From Octopus vulgaris (taxonomy: Eukaryota), in contig OX597820.1 of assembly GCA_951406725.2 (NCBI GenBank), forward strand, positions 33,604,001-33,668,000: 64,000 nt of DNA, in the 5' to 3' direction. The notes beneath the pieces are model-generated. The model did no database searches. It saw only the letters and a list, made by a program, of their open reading frames with translations, and was not told where the DNA came from. Within the stretch, counting starts at the first letter, position 1, and each line of letters opens with the position of its first letter. Shown here one piece after another: positions 51,831 to 64,000 of this stretch. The translations under genes were made by a program, and so were the position numbers.

Positions 51831-52212
51831 GGTGGTGAGCTGGCAGAAGCGTTAGCACGCCGGGCAAAATGCTTAGCGGTATTTCGTCTTCCGTTACGTT
51901 CTGAGTTCAAATTCCGCCGAGGTCGACTTTGCCTTTCATCTTTTCGGGGTCGATTAAATAAGTACCAGTTACGCACTGGGGTCGATATAATCGACTTAAT
52001 CCGTTTGTCCTCTCTGTGTTTAGCCCCTTGTGGGTTATAAACAAATAGGTATTTCCTCTGCCACTACGTTCTGAGTTCAAATTCCGCGGAGATCAACTTT
52101 GCCTTTCCTCCTTTCGGGGTCAATTAATTAAGTACTAGCTGCGTACAGCGGTCGATCTAATCGACTGGTCCCCTCCACCAAAGTTTCGGGCCTTGTACCT
52201 AGAGTAGAAAAG
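51831..52212 (+). mobile_element. tRNA-derived SINE family 2 with internal partial duplication, between (ATT)n tracts
   Basis: ggtgagctggcagaagcgttagc (A box), gagttcaaattcc (B box). Segment 51880-51990 repeated at about 52050-52165. Confidence 0.8.
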
Positions 52213-52257
52213 ATTATTATTATTGTTGTTGTTGTTGTTGTTGTCGTCGTCGTCGTC

Positions 52258-52363
<106 letters not shown>

Positions 52364-53139
52364 CGTGAAAGAGCAGTGCGTGCCATCAAAGTGACACTGG
52401 GGCAAAAGATACGAAGCCCAGGATACCCATCATGACTACCTGTCTGATAAAGGTACACCAGGCACATGCATCACAACCATATGTGCACGACATGGTGATC
52501 TCATATCAAGATAAACAGTGCATGACCTTGCAGGTAGGGCCCAGTTAGAATTTTCTTCTGGTCAAGTAGCCCATCCCACTGAAAAGGTCCCTAAATAAGG
52601 ATTAAGGCTGCTCAACGAACTACCCATGTTTCCAAAGGTGAATTATCCAAACCTCTAAGAATTCCTTTCAACACACGGCTATGATGCTCCCTCACTACTT
52701 CTGCTCGTGGTCATAGATGCACATATCGTCAGCCACTAAGGGACATGCTCAATTGGTTATGGTCAAACAACCGACAAGCAAATCTGTGGTATTGAGCAGA
52801 ATATTTGCTATAACCCATCTTTTATACCAAGACAAAACAATGTACAGGGTAACACTTCCAATCAGTTAAGATCAGAAGTCATGAGAGCCAGTCTGGTACT
52901 GCATCAGGGCACACAGAAATTTGGTGCTCAGTAAGTTCAAAACGTATTTGTAATCTTTTCGGCCTTCTAAGGCGCCGTCTTTTCATTTCCGTTATTACCA
53001 TTACATTTCAGAAATTGTCTGGATTGTACAGATAGTATTTTTGTGTAGAAATACCCGCTGTTTTGCATAGGGTGCGCATAAATGATTTTTGAATTTTAAC
53101 TGCTTTCGGCAAAAACACGTATTTCACAATTTTCTGCAA

Positions 53140-56100
53140 TTTTTAAATATGGCTGATAAAGAAGTCATCATAATGTTCGATAAAGGAATTCGCTACATGA
53201 AAAATATTGAGACCAAGGAAATAAGTGAGAATATCAACATGGAATGGCCTAAATTTAACGACGTTACCGGGGCGAAAAATGTTTCGCATTTAAGCAACGT
53301 CAAAATTTTGGGTGTCGACGAAGAGAACAACAGCAACAGCAGCAGCAGTGACAGCAGCGGCAGCAGCAGTAGTGACAGCAGTAGCAACAACAACAACTAC
53401 TACTACTACTACTACTACTACAACAACAATAACAACAGCAACAAAAATACGAAAGAAATAAAACATAAAAATGTACATATCACCCCTGTTTCTTTTGCGT
53501 CAGCGACGAAAAATATGGAGTGCTTCCACAGATGAAGAAGAATTAAAGTTTACTAGAAAATTTGTTAAAAAAAGATGTAAGAAGGGTAGCTCTAAACCCT
53601 CCATCCAACGCGATAGAAAATATCCCAAGACGCATGGTCACATACTGTTGCATCGGAGTTAAGTCTCGGCGGGTAGGAAATACTCCCGAGACCGAGATAT
53701 AAAAATGTTTTGGGCGCCTGTGGGAACAAAAGACCCACATCCCCCGAGGAAAGAAGCTTGGAACCATTGAGGTGAGATTTGGGACGGAAGAAGAAGCTAA
53801 ATGTAATTGCGCAACCACTTTGCAGAATGACAACTTTTTATTAATCCCCAGCTATCGCGCCTAACGTCTTGCCTAGATTCAGATATTGAATGTGCCGCCA
53901 GAAATATCCATTTCCTGGTGAGTGGCGACCGTCTTGGCAGGCTTAGAAGGAGACGAAGTCACAATACTGGAGGTCAAGAAACTACCTATGCAAAACTGGT
54001 TAGGTATAGGTATGGAACTGATCTTGCAATGCAAGTTACCTGATCTAATCGATCTCCCGGATAGTACTCACCTGTCAGTATTCCTGGAAGGTCGAAGCCA
54101 AGACGCCATGAATGCGGATCTGTAAAATTCTTAAAGGTTTTCTCCCCTGAAACAAAGAAAAATGAAGTGTCACTGCAGCCAACATTACAAGTACCACAAG
54201 TGCTAAATCATAAACAAGACTCCAGCACGAACTTTATCCATCAATTTCACAGTTGTGAATAAGTATAGGAGTAAACTGATGGATTTTGTAAACCAAAATA
54301 AAAATAGTATAGAGAAAGAGGGAAAGGAATTTGAGGGTTTCATCCTCAAAACCACCAAGGACAGACCGTTAATTAAAACGTCCTCAGGCGTTTATAAAAC
54401 TATGATAGAAAAATTCCCAGGCAGTGTGTTTTTTTTTTTTAAAATCTATTAATAAAAGGTTGTTGGAAGGGCCTTTTAAAAGCTTTTCGCCAGTAAAGAA
54501 GCCTCTCGAAAACCAAGGTGAGTAACCTCCTCACTTTCTTTCTCCTACTAGCATGGTTGTGCTGAGAATGGGGTGTATGAATGTGCGTGTCATGGGATCG
54601 GCCTGGAAGCAAGGTCACTTGCTTAATGATCTCAGGTCACTTGATTTGATGTGGCTGCCATTAGTAAAACAAGGATCTTGGGAAAACAGCTCTAGCATCC
54701 ATTTTCGAAGACTACGAGGTATTCTCATCTTCTGGTCTATCGAGAGCGAGAGGCGGTGTAACAGTGCTACTCCGGAAATTTTCCTGGATCCGGATGGTTG
54801 GTTGGAGGTCCTGGACGTGAAAGGTAGTGAAGGTGGTGCCTTTATACTAGTGGCGATTTATGCCCAACAGGAGCTGGAAGGCCAGATTTCTTCAGGCGTC
54901 TGAAAACATTCTTGGGAACGCCGCGCACTTTAGTACTAGTGGGGGACTGGAATAGTATTTTGGATGCACGGAAGGACTGTGTGGCTTTAGTATATAGTAG
55001 AAGGGGATGTAAAAGCCTCGAAAACCTATTCAGCACTTACCAACATTCTGGCAGATACCGACTGGATTTCCCTGATGTGCCAATGTGGACATAAAGGAAC
55101 CACAACGGGTCATCGAGATCGTATTTAGATAGAGTATTTGTTAGGTCAGAGAAAGGGATAGCATAGGTTGTCCACAATTTAAACTGGTCAGCTACAAAGA
55201 TCACAAATTTGAGATATGCGCAGTTGATTTAGATAGGACCTGCAGACAGGGACCTGGTTACTGGAAGTTGAATGCATCCTTACCGGCTCGTAAAGACTAC
55301 AGGGATCGGATTAGCGAACTAATTAAGCGGTAGTTGACGGGGGCAATCGTCTACAGCCGGTGGTGGATTGCTCTGAAGAGGGCGATTAGAGTAGAATCGA
55401 TAGCGTTTAGCAAAGATTTAGCCCAAAAAAAAAAAGAAATAGATGAGAGGGAAATCAAGTTAGCAAATTAGAAGAGGTTACTAGTAAAGGCATTGCGACC
55501 GACGTGTTAGCGGCGAGAATGGCCCTTCACCATTTCTTTAAGGCGAAATACAAAGAGTGCGTTGCCAGAGCTAAGGCTCCTGCGCTAAAACACGAAGGAA
55601 CTAAAGCCCTCCGATGAACCCGATCGGTAGAGACGTGACGTGGAAAAATACACGACCAAGTCTTTCACAGATTGGGACGGACGCAGATATGTGCGGCTTT
55701 CCAGCAGCACTTTGCGTGGCTGTTTGGGGAGGAAGATGGGCCGACGACGGTAGTGAAATTTACTTCGTACCTAGACGGCTTATCACGGCTCTCGGTGACG
55801 GGCGCTGATATTGTGCGAAAATACAGGAGGCGATGAGCGATTGCACAAGTCGCAAATCGCCGAATTTGGATGGTTGTTCTACAAATTCTGTTTTCATGCT
55901 AGATTTTTTGGCAGCCTCTTGGCAGATGTCTACAGTAACTGGCAGCAGAACGGGAGAATTCCTAGTACTGTGTGTTGGTGCGTAGTAACACTGCTGAGAT
56001 AGAACGCCGAAAATGGGTACGTGTTAGGGAATTTTCAGCCCATAACTCGGCTAAGCACAGAGTTTAAGGTTTTGGCTAAGGTGTTATTGAAAAGGTTGGC

Positions 56101-58080
56101 GCTTGTCGTTGATAGTCTGGTCAGGGTGGCACAAACGTGCGCAATCCCGAGCAGATCTATACACGGCAACATCCACCTTATGCGATACATCGTAGAGAGG
56201 GCTGGGACTAAAGCTGACTTCGGTGGAGCATTGATCAAATTAGATCAGTCGAAAGTTTTCGATAGGGTAGACCTTCGCTACTTGGAAGCCATCCTTGAAG
56301 CGACCGGTTTCGGATCCGTTTTCAGAGGCTGGGTTGCTGCAATTCACAACGGTACCTGCTCGGTGGTCAAGGTAAATGGCCACTTATCGGAACCGTTTAG
56401 TATCGTATGTTAGGTCCGTTAGGGCTGCCCGCTGCCACCTCCTCTGTATGTGCTGGCTGTCGGGTTGGAAGTTGGAACAGCTAAGAGGCTTTCCTTTCCA
56501 AATTGGGCTCGGGAGGGCAGTGTCTGCATAAACGGAAGACATCACCGTCATGGTATCGGACGCCTCCGAAGTGGAGACGGTCGGCTCCATTGTGAAGGAA
56601 TATGAGTGATTGCAGGGCTGAAATCAATGCCGACAAGTCGGTGGGATTACGATTGGGCACCTGGAGAGATAGATCGATGCCGTCGGACGCTGGACTGACG
56701 GACCAGTGAAACTGCTCGGGGTGTTGTTTTGCCCCGACTCCCAGATGGATAAGAATTGGGAAGAGGTAACAAACAGGGTGACCTCTCTTACACAGAAATG
56801 AACAGAGTGGAAGTTGTCCCTGAGAGGTCAGGCAGAGTTAACGAATGCCTACGTCGCCTCTGTCATTATTTATCATCTGACCGTTGTACCTTTCCCCAGT
56901 TACTGCTTGATTAGATTGGAGCTTATCTGTTTATTTTCTTGTGGAAAGGACGCGTTCCAATAGACAAACGGTCGGTCTTCTGCCAACTTCCTTTGCGTGG
57001 CGGCTTAGGCATACCATAGATTTTAATTCGCAGCCACGCACTCAGGTTGCACCACCTGCAGCGATTTCTAGAAGGTGAACGTGTGTGGGCTCCGTTTGTG
57101 AGACACGCCTTTCCGCAGCGCGTCTCCTTGACAGTGCTGCAGTCCTGGGTAAAGGATAGGCCGAGGCTGGGTGCCTGGCACTTAGAATATCGTCAGGCGC
57201 TCACTGTCCTCAACAAGTCGGGCAACAAGATCGGTGGATGTTCCACTTTAAATATTTATAGAGGATTAGTAGCGGGGAAATGCGACGACGTCCTCGGGGT
57301 GGCCCCAGGTGTCGACGAAGACGCACAGGCAAATCTATTCTGGAGGACTGTCCGGTCGGGGACTGTTATGGATTATTTCCAGATGTCTTTGTCCTACCGA
57401 GGGGCGCTACCAGTTCGAAATAAACTGTACAGGCACAGATGTGCTGTCAGACGTTCTGCATGCACTCGTTCAGTGTCCGGGCATTGCTGACTTGCGGAGT
57501 TATGTCGAACAGCTGCTGTCGCGTGTAGGTCAGATCCGTCTGTCGTCCGAGTCCATAATGATGAATGCCCCGCCGCCCTCCTTTAATCGGCCTGACAAGG
57601 CAGTTTTCCTTTGTTTGGTGGCTGTGGCATCAGAGGTTATATGGAGGAATAAGAACGGAAACTTTCCTCTTTGGTAAAGCCCTCATCGACATTTTCTAAT
57701 TTCACTTGAAAAGGAAAGTGAGGGTGGAGAGGGAGTTATTGTCCTCGAGTGAATTTATGAAAAGTTGGGTGAAAGTTGCGAAAATGGCAAGACGTATGGT
57801 ACTACTCTCAATGTAGACCCGTGAGTCGGAAAAAGGAAGTTGGAGTGGGGTCTCGTCCTTATTACTCAGGGTGATCTTGGGTGGTGGGGTTCTCTGATTA
57901 TCCCTAGAGGTCCTCCTGAATCAGGGCGATCTCGTCACGACCCTTTTTACCCTCTTTTTTTAGTGTCATATACTATATATATTTTATTACCCCATTATAT
58001 GCAAACCCCAACACTTTATGTTTGTTTTTATATTGTCTCCCTCATCCTTCACTCTGGAGGCAAATAAAGAAACCATTATT
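53140..58080 (+). mobile_element. Near full-length decayed L1/Tx1-clade LINE (APE endonuclease plus RT), ending in (ATT/GTT)n
   Basis: MNVR, LVGDWN, SYLDRVF, DHK, GYWKLN (APE); NFQPIT..FKVLAKV, LDQSKVFDRVD, GCPL (RT); HALVQC. AATAAA at about 58062. Many stops and frameshifts. Confidence 0.88.
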
Positions 58081-58559
58081 ATTGTTGTTGTTGTTGTTGT
58101 TATCATTATTATTATTTTAAAAACTGTTTGATTCGATTTTATGCGACTTAAAGTTTCGTAAATTTTTTATAGAAACCTGGCTGGTTCTGGTTCAGGTTAA
58201 CAATTTCTGTAATCTGAGTCTGAACGAGCTAGGTTTCTGTAAGAATCCTAGGAAACTCAATGTCGCATGGAGCCGAAACAGACTGTTTTAAATAATAATA
58301 CAAGTTACTCCTACAAAATATGTTGACTGCCTTTTTCTTTCATTTGTCCACTCACTCTACCGTTCCTGTCCCATTAAATTTCCTTCACAAGGTATAGGCC
58401 AATGCCAGTCTACATAGAAAATTATATGTATCGAACATGCCATGCAGTTGGATCGAAACCGGGACCCCGTGGTTGCGAAGCAAACATTTTAACGTAATAG
58501 CCCATACTGCGCTTGCACAATATAACTACACATGTGTGTGTGCGTGCGTGCGTGCGTGC

Positions 58560-58614
<55 letters not shown>

Positions 58615-58816
58615 AAGGAAAAAAACACAGTAACTTCAAAGTTTCGGCCTGCTTGCAGTCATCAAACTTATCATCCGAAACTTCGAAGTCACTGTCTACC
58701 ATTTTCTTTACAAAATTTCATAAACATGTACTCTACTAAAAAGTATTGAGGAAATCCTTTTATTTCATTATGTATGTATGCATGTATGTATGTATGTATG
58801 TATGTATGTATGTATG

Positions 58817-58848
<32 letters not shown>

Positions 58849-59639
58849 AATGTATGTATGTAAAAATGTATGTATGAAAAAACGTATGTATGTATTATAT
58901 GTGTGTGTGTATGTATGTATGCATGCATGTTTGTGTGTATGTCATTATTCAGTTTATTTCACGGTTTCTTGCCAATAAAGAAAGAACCGGTTTCTAATCT
59001 AGATGCAAGGCTCCTTCACTGAAATTTCAACATCAACAACAGGGTATTATGTGCGTATGTATGTATGTATGTATGTATGTATGTATGTATGTATGTATGT
59101 ATGTATGTATCTATGTGTGTATGTATGTATGTACGCACGTATGTATGTATGTACGTACGTACGTATGTATGTATGTATGTATGTATGTATGTATGTATGT
59201 ATGTATGTATGTATGTATGTATGTATGTATGTATACGTGCAAATTTGTATGTTTTGTTTTATTTTCATGCATATAGTTGCATTCTACACATGTTCATATA
59301 TACTTAAATGATAAACTTCAGGCAAGTTTTACAGATTTTTACAGTTCCAGTGACGTCTTGGATCTATAATCTTCGAATCAGCTTTGTCCTTTCTGGTTTT
59401 GAGAAGCCTAATTTTTCAAGATTGGTATGTATGTATGTATGTATGTATGTATGTATGTATGTATGTATGTATGTATGTATGTATGTATAGCTTGACATAA
59501 AAACAATAAGCAATATACACTAGCAGAAACAAATTTTAGGTTGAAAACTTTTAATGTGGGAATAAAAAGCCCAATATGGGTATTGTACTCTTGTATTGTA
59601 ATCAATGCGTTTAACGAAATCAATATATTGATTTCAAAT

Positions 59640-59822
59640 TTTGGCACAAGACCAGGAATTTTAGAGGAGGGTGCAAGTCGATTACATCGACCTCAGTGTT
59701 CAACTGGTACTTATTTCATCGACCCCGAAAGGATAAAAGGCGAAGTCGAACTTGACAGAATTTGAACTCAGCACGTATAGACGGACGAAAAACGCTGCTA
59801 AGTATTTTGTACGGCGTGTCTG
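59640..59822 (-). mobile_element. SINE family 2
   Basis: Match to 51831-52210 in reverse orientation. Confidence 0.7.
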
Positions 59823-59903
59823 CGAGGTAGACACATTAATTAATCCACAGACGCACACGCACAAACACACCGGGCCGCACACATGTAATAACACGCACTT
59901 ATG

Positions 59904-59934
<31 letters not shown>

Positions 59935-60038
59935 TCACTCACTCTTTTTCTCTCTTTCTCCCTCCCGTTCTCACATTCACCCTCACATCCATACAACTAT
60001 ATAAATATACTGGGTTGTTGTATAATTAACGACTGTTT

Positions 60039-60091
<53 letters not shown>

Positions 60092-60439
60092 AATTCTGTT
60101 GTAAATTAAATTATAAAACGGTCGTTAATTATGCACCTACCCAATAGAAAGAAAAAAAACTAAGAATCAAGTAGACAGGCCTGAAAATGATTGACCTGGA
60201 GAGGAGAGAGAGCATATTATTGAAGAGGACACGAATGGCAACGACAGGGCTTTGACAAACATAACTGATTGGTTAACCGAAGAATTAATCAAACAATCGA
60301 TTTGTTAACTGGTATCACCTCAGCCTTTGATTTATCGTCCCATTTGTATAACAGCTGTGGAACGCATGTAGTGAGTTTGAAGGTAACCTGCAACAAAATG
60401 CCGCCCAGTTGATTATCCGTCAGCCATCTGTCTCTGATG

Positions 60440-60446
60440 ACCAGAA

Positions 60447-60514
<68 letters not shown>

Positions 60515-60655
60515 GTGTCTTTGTGTCTATGTCTGTTCCGCACCACCGCTTGACAACCGGTGTTGGTGTGTTTACGTACCCGTAACTTTGCGGTTCGACA
60601 AAAGGAACTGACAGAATAAGTACTAGGCTGTAAACAAAAAAAAACAAGTACTGGG
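60440..60655 (+). mobile_element. SINE family 1, 3' part
   Basis: cgcttgacaaccggtgttggtgtgtttacgt...aataagtactaggct. Confidence 0.7.
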
Positions 60656-60834
60656 GAAAGGGGAGAATCGTGCGATTAAAATTCTTCAGCGCGATGAAAT
60701 AAGTAAAGCACAAGTAAAAGGTGCGCGTGTGTGTGTGCGTGCATGCGCGGCAAAAAACACACACCATATGTATACACACACACACACGCACATATATATA
60801 TATACACATATATATATGATATATATTGGATATT

Positions 60835-60906
<72 letters not shown>

Positions 60907-60961
60907 CATCCCACAAATAATTTTTATACTTCTTTTATTTTCAAAATTAAGATAAACAAGG

Positions 60962-61287
60962 TTGAAAAGGTTGCAAGAAGCAACGAAAATTTTAGGAAAA
61001 TAAAATAAAGAAATAAGTGAAAATTTTACCGGTGAGTGTGTTAAAGCACAAAAAAAAATGACTCTCCCCAGACACAACAGAATATGCTTCAACACACCAA
61101 CTCACATAAAGAATCTTGCAAACCAAATCCAAAAACGAAAGATAAACAAAGTTCTCGTCTAATCTAAAATATACTCTTCTTCTGTTTGTCTGGGGAGAGT
61201 CATTCACCTCTTGTGCCTTATTATTTAACATACCGGTTTCCACTCATTTACTTCTAAAATTTTTCTTGCGTCTTGCAACCTTTTCAA
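60962..61287. repeat. Imperfect inverted repeat (60962-61074 / 61187-61287), MITE-like
   Basis: ttgaaaaggttgcaaga/tcttgcaaccttttcaa and aatgactctccccagaca/tgtctggggagagtcatt. Confidence 0.75.
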
Positions 61288-61381
61288 TAATCGTTGACTC
61301 TGTCTGTTCTCCGAGTTGCGTTCTTTTTCTTTTGTTGTTGTTTGTGCGCATGGGTGTGGGTCAGTGTGCCTGCGCATACAC

Positions 61382-61412
<31 letters not shown>

Positions 61413-61781
61413 TGTATGTATGTATGTATGTATGTATGTATGTATGTGTGTGTGTATGCATGTATGTGTGTGTATGCATATATATATGCTTGCGTGCGTG
61501 TACGTTTGTATGTATGTATTCTACATATTCATGTGTTTGTGTGTTTTTATGCGTGCGTGTCTCGTTGTTTGTGCATGTTTGAGTGTGTCTGTGTATGGGT
61601 TTTGTGACCATGTATGTGTGTATGTGTGCTTGTCTGTTTATATTACCTATGTACCTATCTATCTGTAAATCTATCTGTTTACATTCATTTCCATTTACCA
61701 ACATATATGTGTATATACACATAGATATATATATATACATATATGTATATATATATATGTATATATATATATTTATATATA

Positions 61782-61830
<49 letters not shown>

Positions 61831-61845
61831 CAGCATGTGTAACTC

Positions 61846-61931
<86 letters not shown>

Positions 61932-62005
61932 CATGTGTAACTCGTAAACACCAGTCGCGTTTTTTTTTTTTCCCTCTTTCGCCCACATCGGGATCTTTCT
62001 TCTTT

Positions 62006-62145
62006 CTTCCTTCTCTTATGTTTCCGACGAAGAGCTCCGCTCGAAACGTCATACCTTCCTTCTTCCATTTTCCTGAGCGCCTAATAATAATAATACTGTA
62101 ATTGTTCCACGTGTTGTTGTTTTTTCTGTTTTCCCGTTTGGATTA

Positions 62146-62197
<52 letters not shown>

Positions 62198-62340
62198 TAA
62201 TCCAGACATGAACAAAGAGAAAACACAACAACGCAAGGACGTGGAACAAGTATTGTGTTATTGGACGCTCAGGAAAGGAAAGAAAGAAGGAAGATTTAAT
62301 GTTTTGAGCAGAGCTCTTTGTTAGAAACATAGAAAAGGAA
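62006..62340. mobile_element. Two tail-to-tail PLE-terminus-like copies around (TA)n, left one with a hammerhead-like motif at about 62017-62055
   Basis: CCGACGA-a-gagc.tcc.gctc-GAAA-cg-TC. Decayed reverse-complement copy at about 62293-62335. Confidence 0.65.
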
Positions 62341-62918
62341 AAGGTCCAAGGATGGGAAGACGGAGAAAGAATATCGTCAACGATACACACGCGGTCACAT
62401 ATTGAAATGACCGGAAGGGAATGGGTGAAGAAAAAGTTCTTTCAAAGACATGAGAGTGCAAGAGAAGGAGGTATGTGTGTATATGTGTGGGTATATGCGT
62501 GCGCGCAGCTGTATGTGTGTGTGTGTGTGGTTGTGGCTGTTTATCTATGTGTGTGGTTGGGCGTAGTATCGTTTAAGGCCATAGGAAGAATTTATAGTAA
62601 GAATTTTGGTAGGAGTGGCTGCCTGTTGTGTGTCTTCCTACACATGTGCGTAGGAGAATGGTCAGTAGAAGGTACTGGTAGCTTGAAGTATGTGTGTGTA
62701 TGTGCGTGTATGTGTATGCAGTGTATGTGTGTTTTGTTTGTAGTGTGTGTGTATGTATGCATGTATGTGTTCGTGTGTATATGTGTGTATCCGAAGGGAT
62801 TGTGTGTGGGGGGGGAGTAACTGTACTTTATTCTGTGTATGTGTGCGTGTGTGCTTGTATATGTGTGTACATGTATGTATAATTGTGTACGTGTATATAT
62901 GAGTGTGTGCTGTATGTA

Positions 62919-64000
62919 CAGGCATAATTTGGCTTAAGTCGTTTCCATTTGAGTCATTCTCGATTATACGTCGGTTTTCAAAAATAACATGGAAAAATAT
63001 AAATCAAGTCAAGTCATTTTACACATCTTTATGTCTGTCCGCCTCAAATATTGGAATCGTAAAATCACTGGAAAACCGTTAGAAGTACATAAAATCATAT
63101 TACTGTACAATAAATAAGAATAACAGCATATAAAAATCAAATTAAAATAAGTAAAGTAAATGTTAAGATACACACCATACAGCAGTGTAGCTTAGTGAAC
63201 GAAATCATGAAATCAGCTGTGTTGTCTTATTTATCGGTCTTTCGGAGCTCATATTGCACTATAGTTCCAATATCTACCGTTAGGCGTTGTTGTCACTCGC
63301 GATTCCCGCGATTGTTTTGAATTCAGATTCGTTTACGTCTGTTTATCGGCTATTTTCTCATTTTCATTCATTGTGACTTAATTTTTCACCCCCATGGCTC
63401 CTAAGAAAATACGTAGTGAAAGTTCTAAGCGTCATGCTATAATGCTGGAACATAAACTGATAAAACGCCATGAAAAAGGTGAAAAAGTGGTTGCAATTGC
63501 ATGATTTGGGGGATGAGTCGAACAACTGTATCGACGATTGTACATAACAAGAATATTTTAGCACACATCAAATCTGAAGCCTCGGGGATTAAGAACACTG
63601 TCATCAGTAAGAAAAGGGGCAAAATCTTTGAAGAAATTAAACGTCTTCTTTCTCTTTGGGTTGTTAGGTTGAATCGTCAGTGTGCTACTATTTGTCAGAA
63701 AATCACTCAAGAGAAAGTGTTATCTGTTTGAGGACCTAAAAAAATATCCAGAGGAGAAAGGTGTAGAGTTCAAGGCAATCCAAGGATGATTCCTGAGATT
63801 TAAGAGCGATGAAGTCATCACTATATTAAGAAGCAAGGTGAAAGTACATCAGATGATGAACAAGCAGCAGCGGAATTTCCTAATGCATTAAAGAAAATCA
63901 TCGAAGAAACCGGGTTTCTTCCCGAACAGGTTTTTAATGTAGACGAAACTGGATTGTATGGAAAAAATTGCCAGACCGTTCGTTCATTTCCAAAGAGGAG
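62919..64000 (+). mobile_element. pogo/Tigger-like DNA transposon, 5' part (runs off the window)
   Basis: TA-CAGGCATA start. MAPKK..., GMSRTTVSTI HTH, FKAIQG*F, PEQVFNVDETGL, with frameshifts. Confidence 0.8.

Noticed and set aside
60676-61095. Signal-anchor-like start MLKHILLCLGRVIFFCAL followed by GTAAAA as candidate first sulfotransferase exon
   Set aside because: It has a TTG start with no ATG and lies within the arm of an inverted-repeat element.

Overview
AT-rich, repeat-dominated animal genomic DNA. The SINE families and the dense (TA)n/(GATA)n/(TACA)n microsatellites suggest a cephalopod, probably Octopus (inference). The only clear host coding sequence is two tandem, intact, paralogous minus-strand exons (29610-30734 and 33677-34837). 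Each encodes a complete Golgi carbohydrate-sulfotransferase (CHST11/HNK-1ST-like, Sulfotransfer_2) catalytic domain behind a phase-0 splice acceptor, and I could not find an N-terminal membrane-anchor exon between them. The other identifiable features are mobile DNA and repeats: a young CsRn1/Kabuki-type Ty3/Gypsy LTR element with almost all of gag deleted (13165-17805), Penelope-like elements (PLEs), RLE-type and Tx1/L1-type LINEs, Tc1/mariner and pogo remnants, non-autonomous Helitrons, about 16 tRNA-derived SINEs and a 25-bp minisatellite. The most striking unannotated signal is a set of about ten hammerhead-ribozyme(-like) motifs from several distinct small repeat families. Several sit in long fold-back palindromes next to TA microsatellites, and many have variant cores (CCGAnGA), palindromic stem III or very long stem II. 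Most ORFs in the supplied track are microsatellite or SINE artefacts. All identities and folds were judged by eye.
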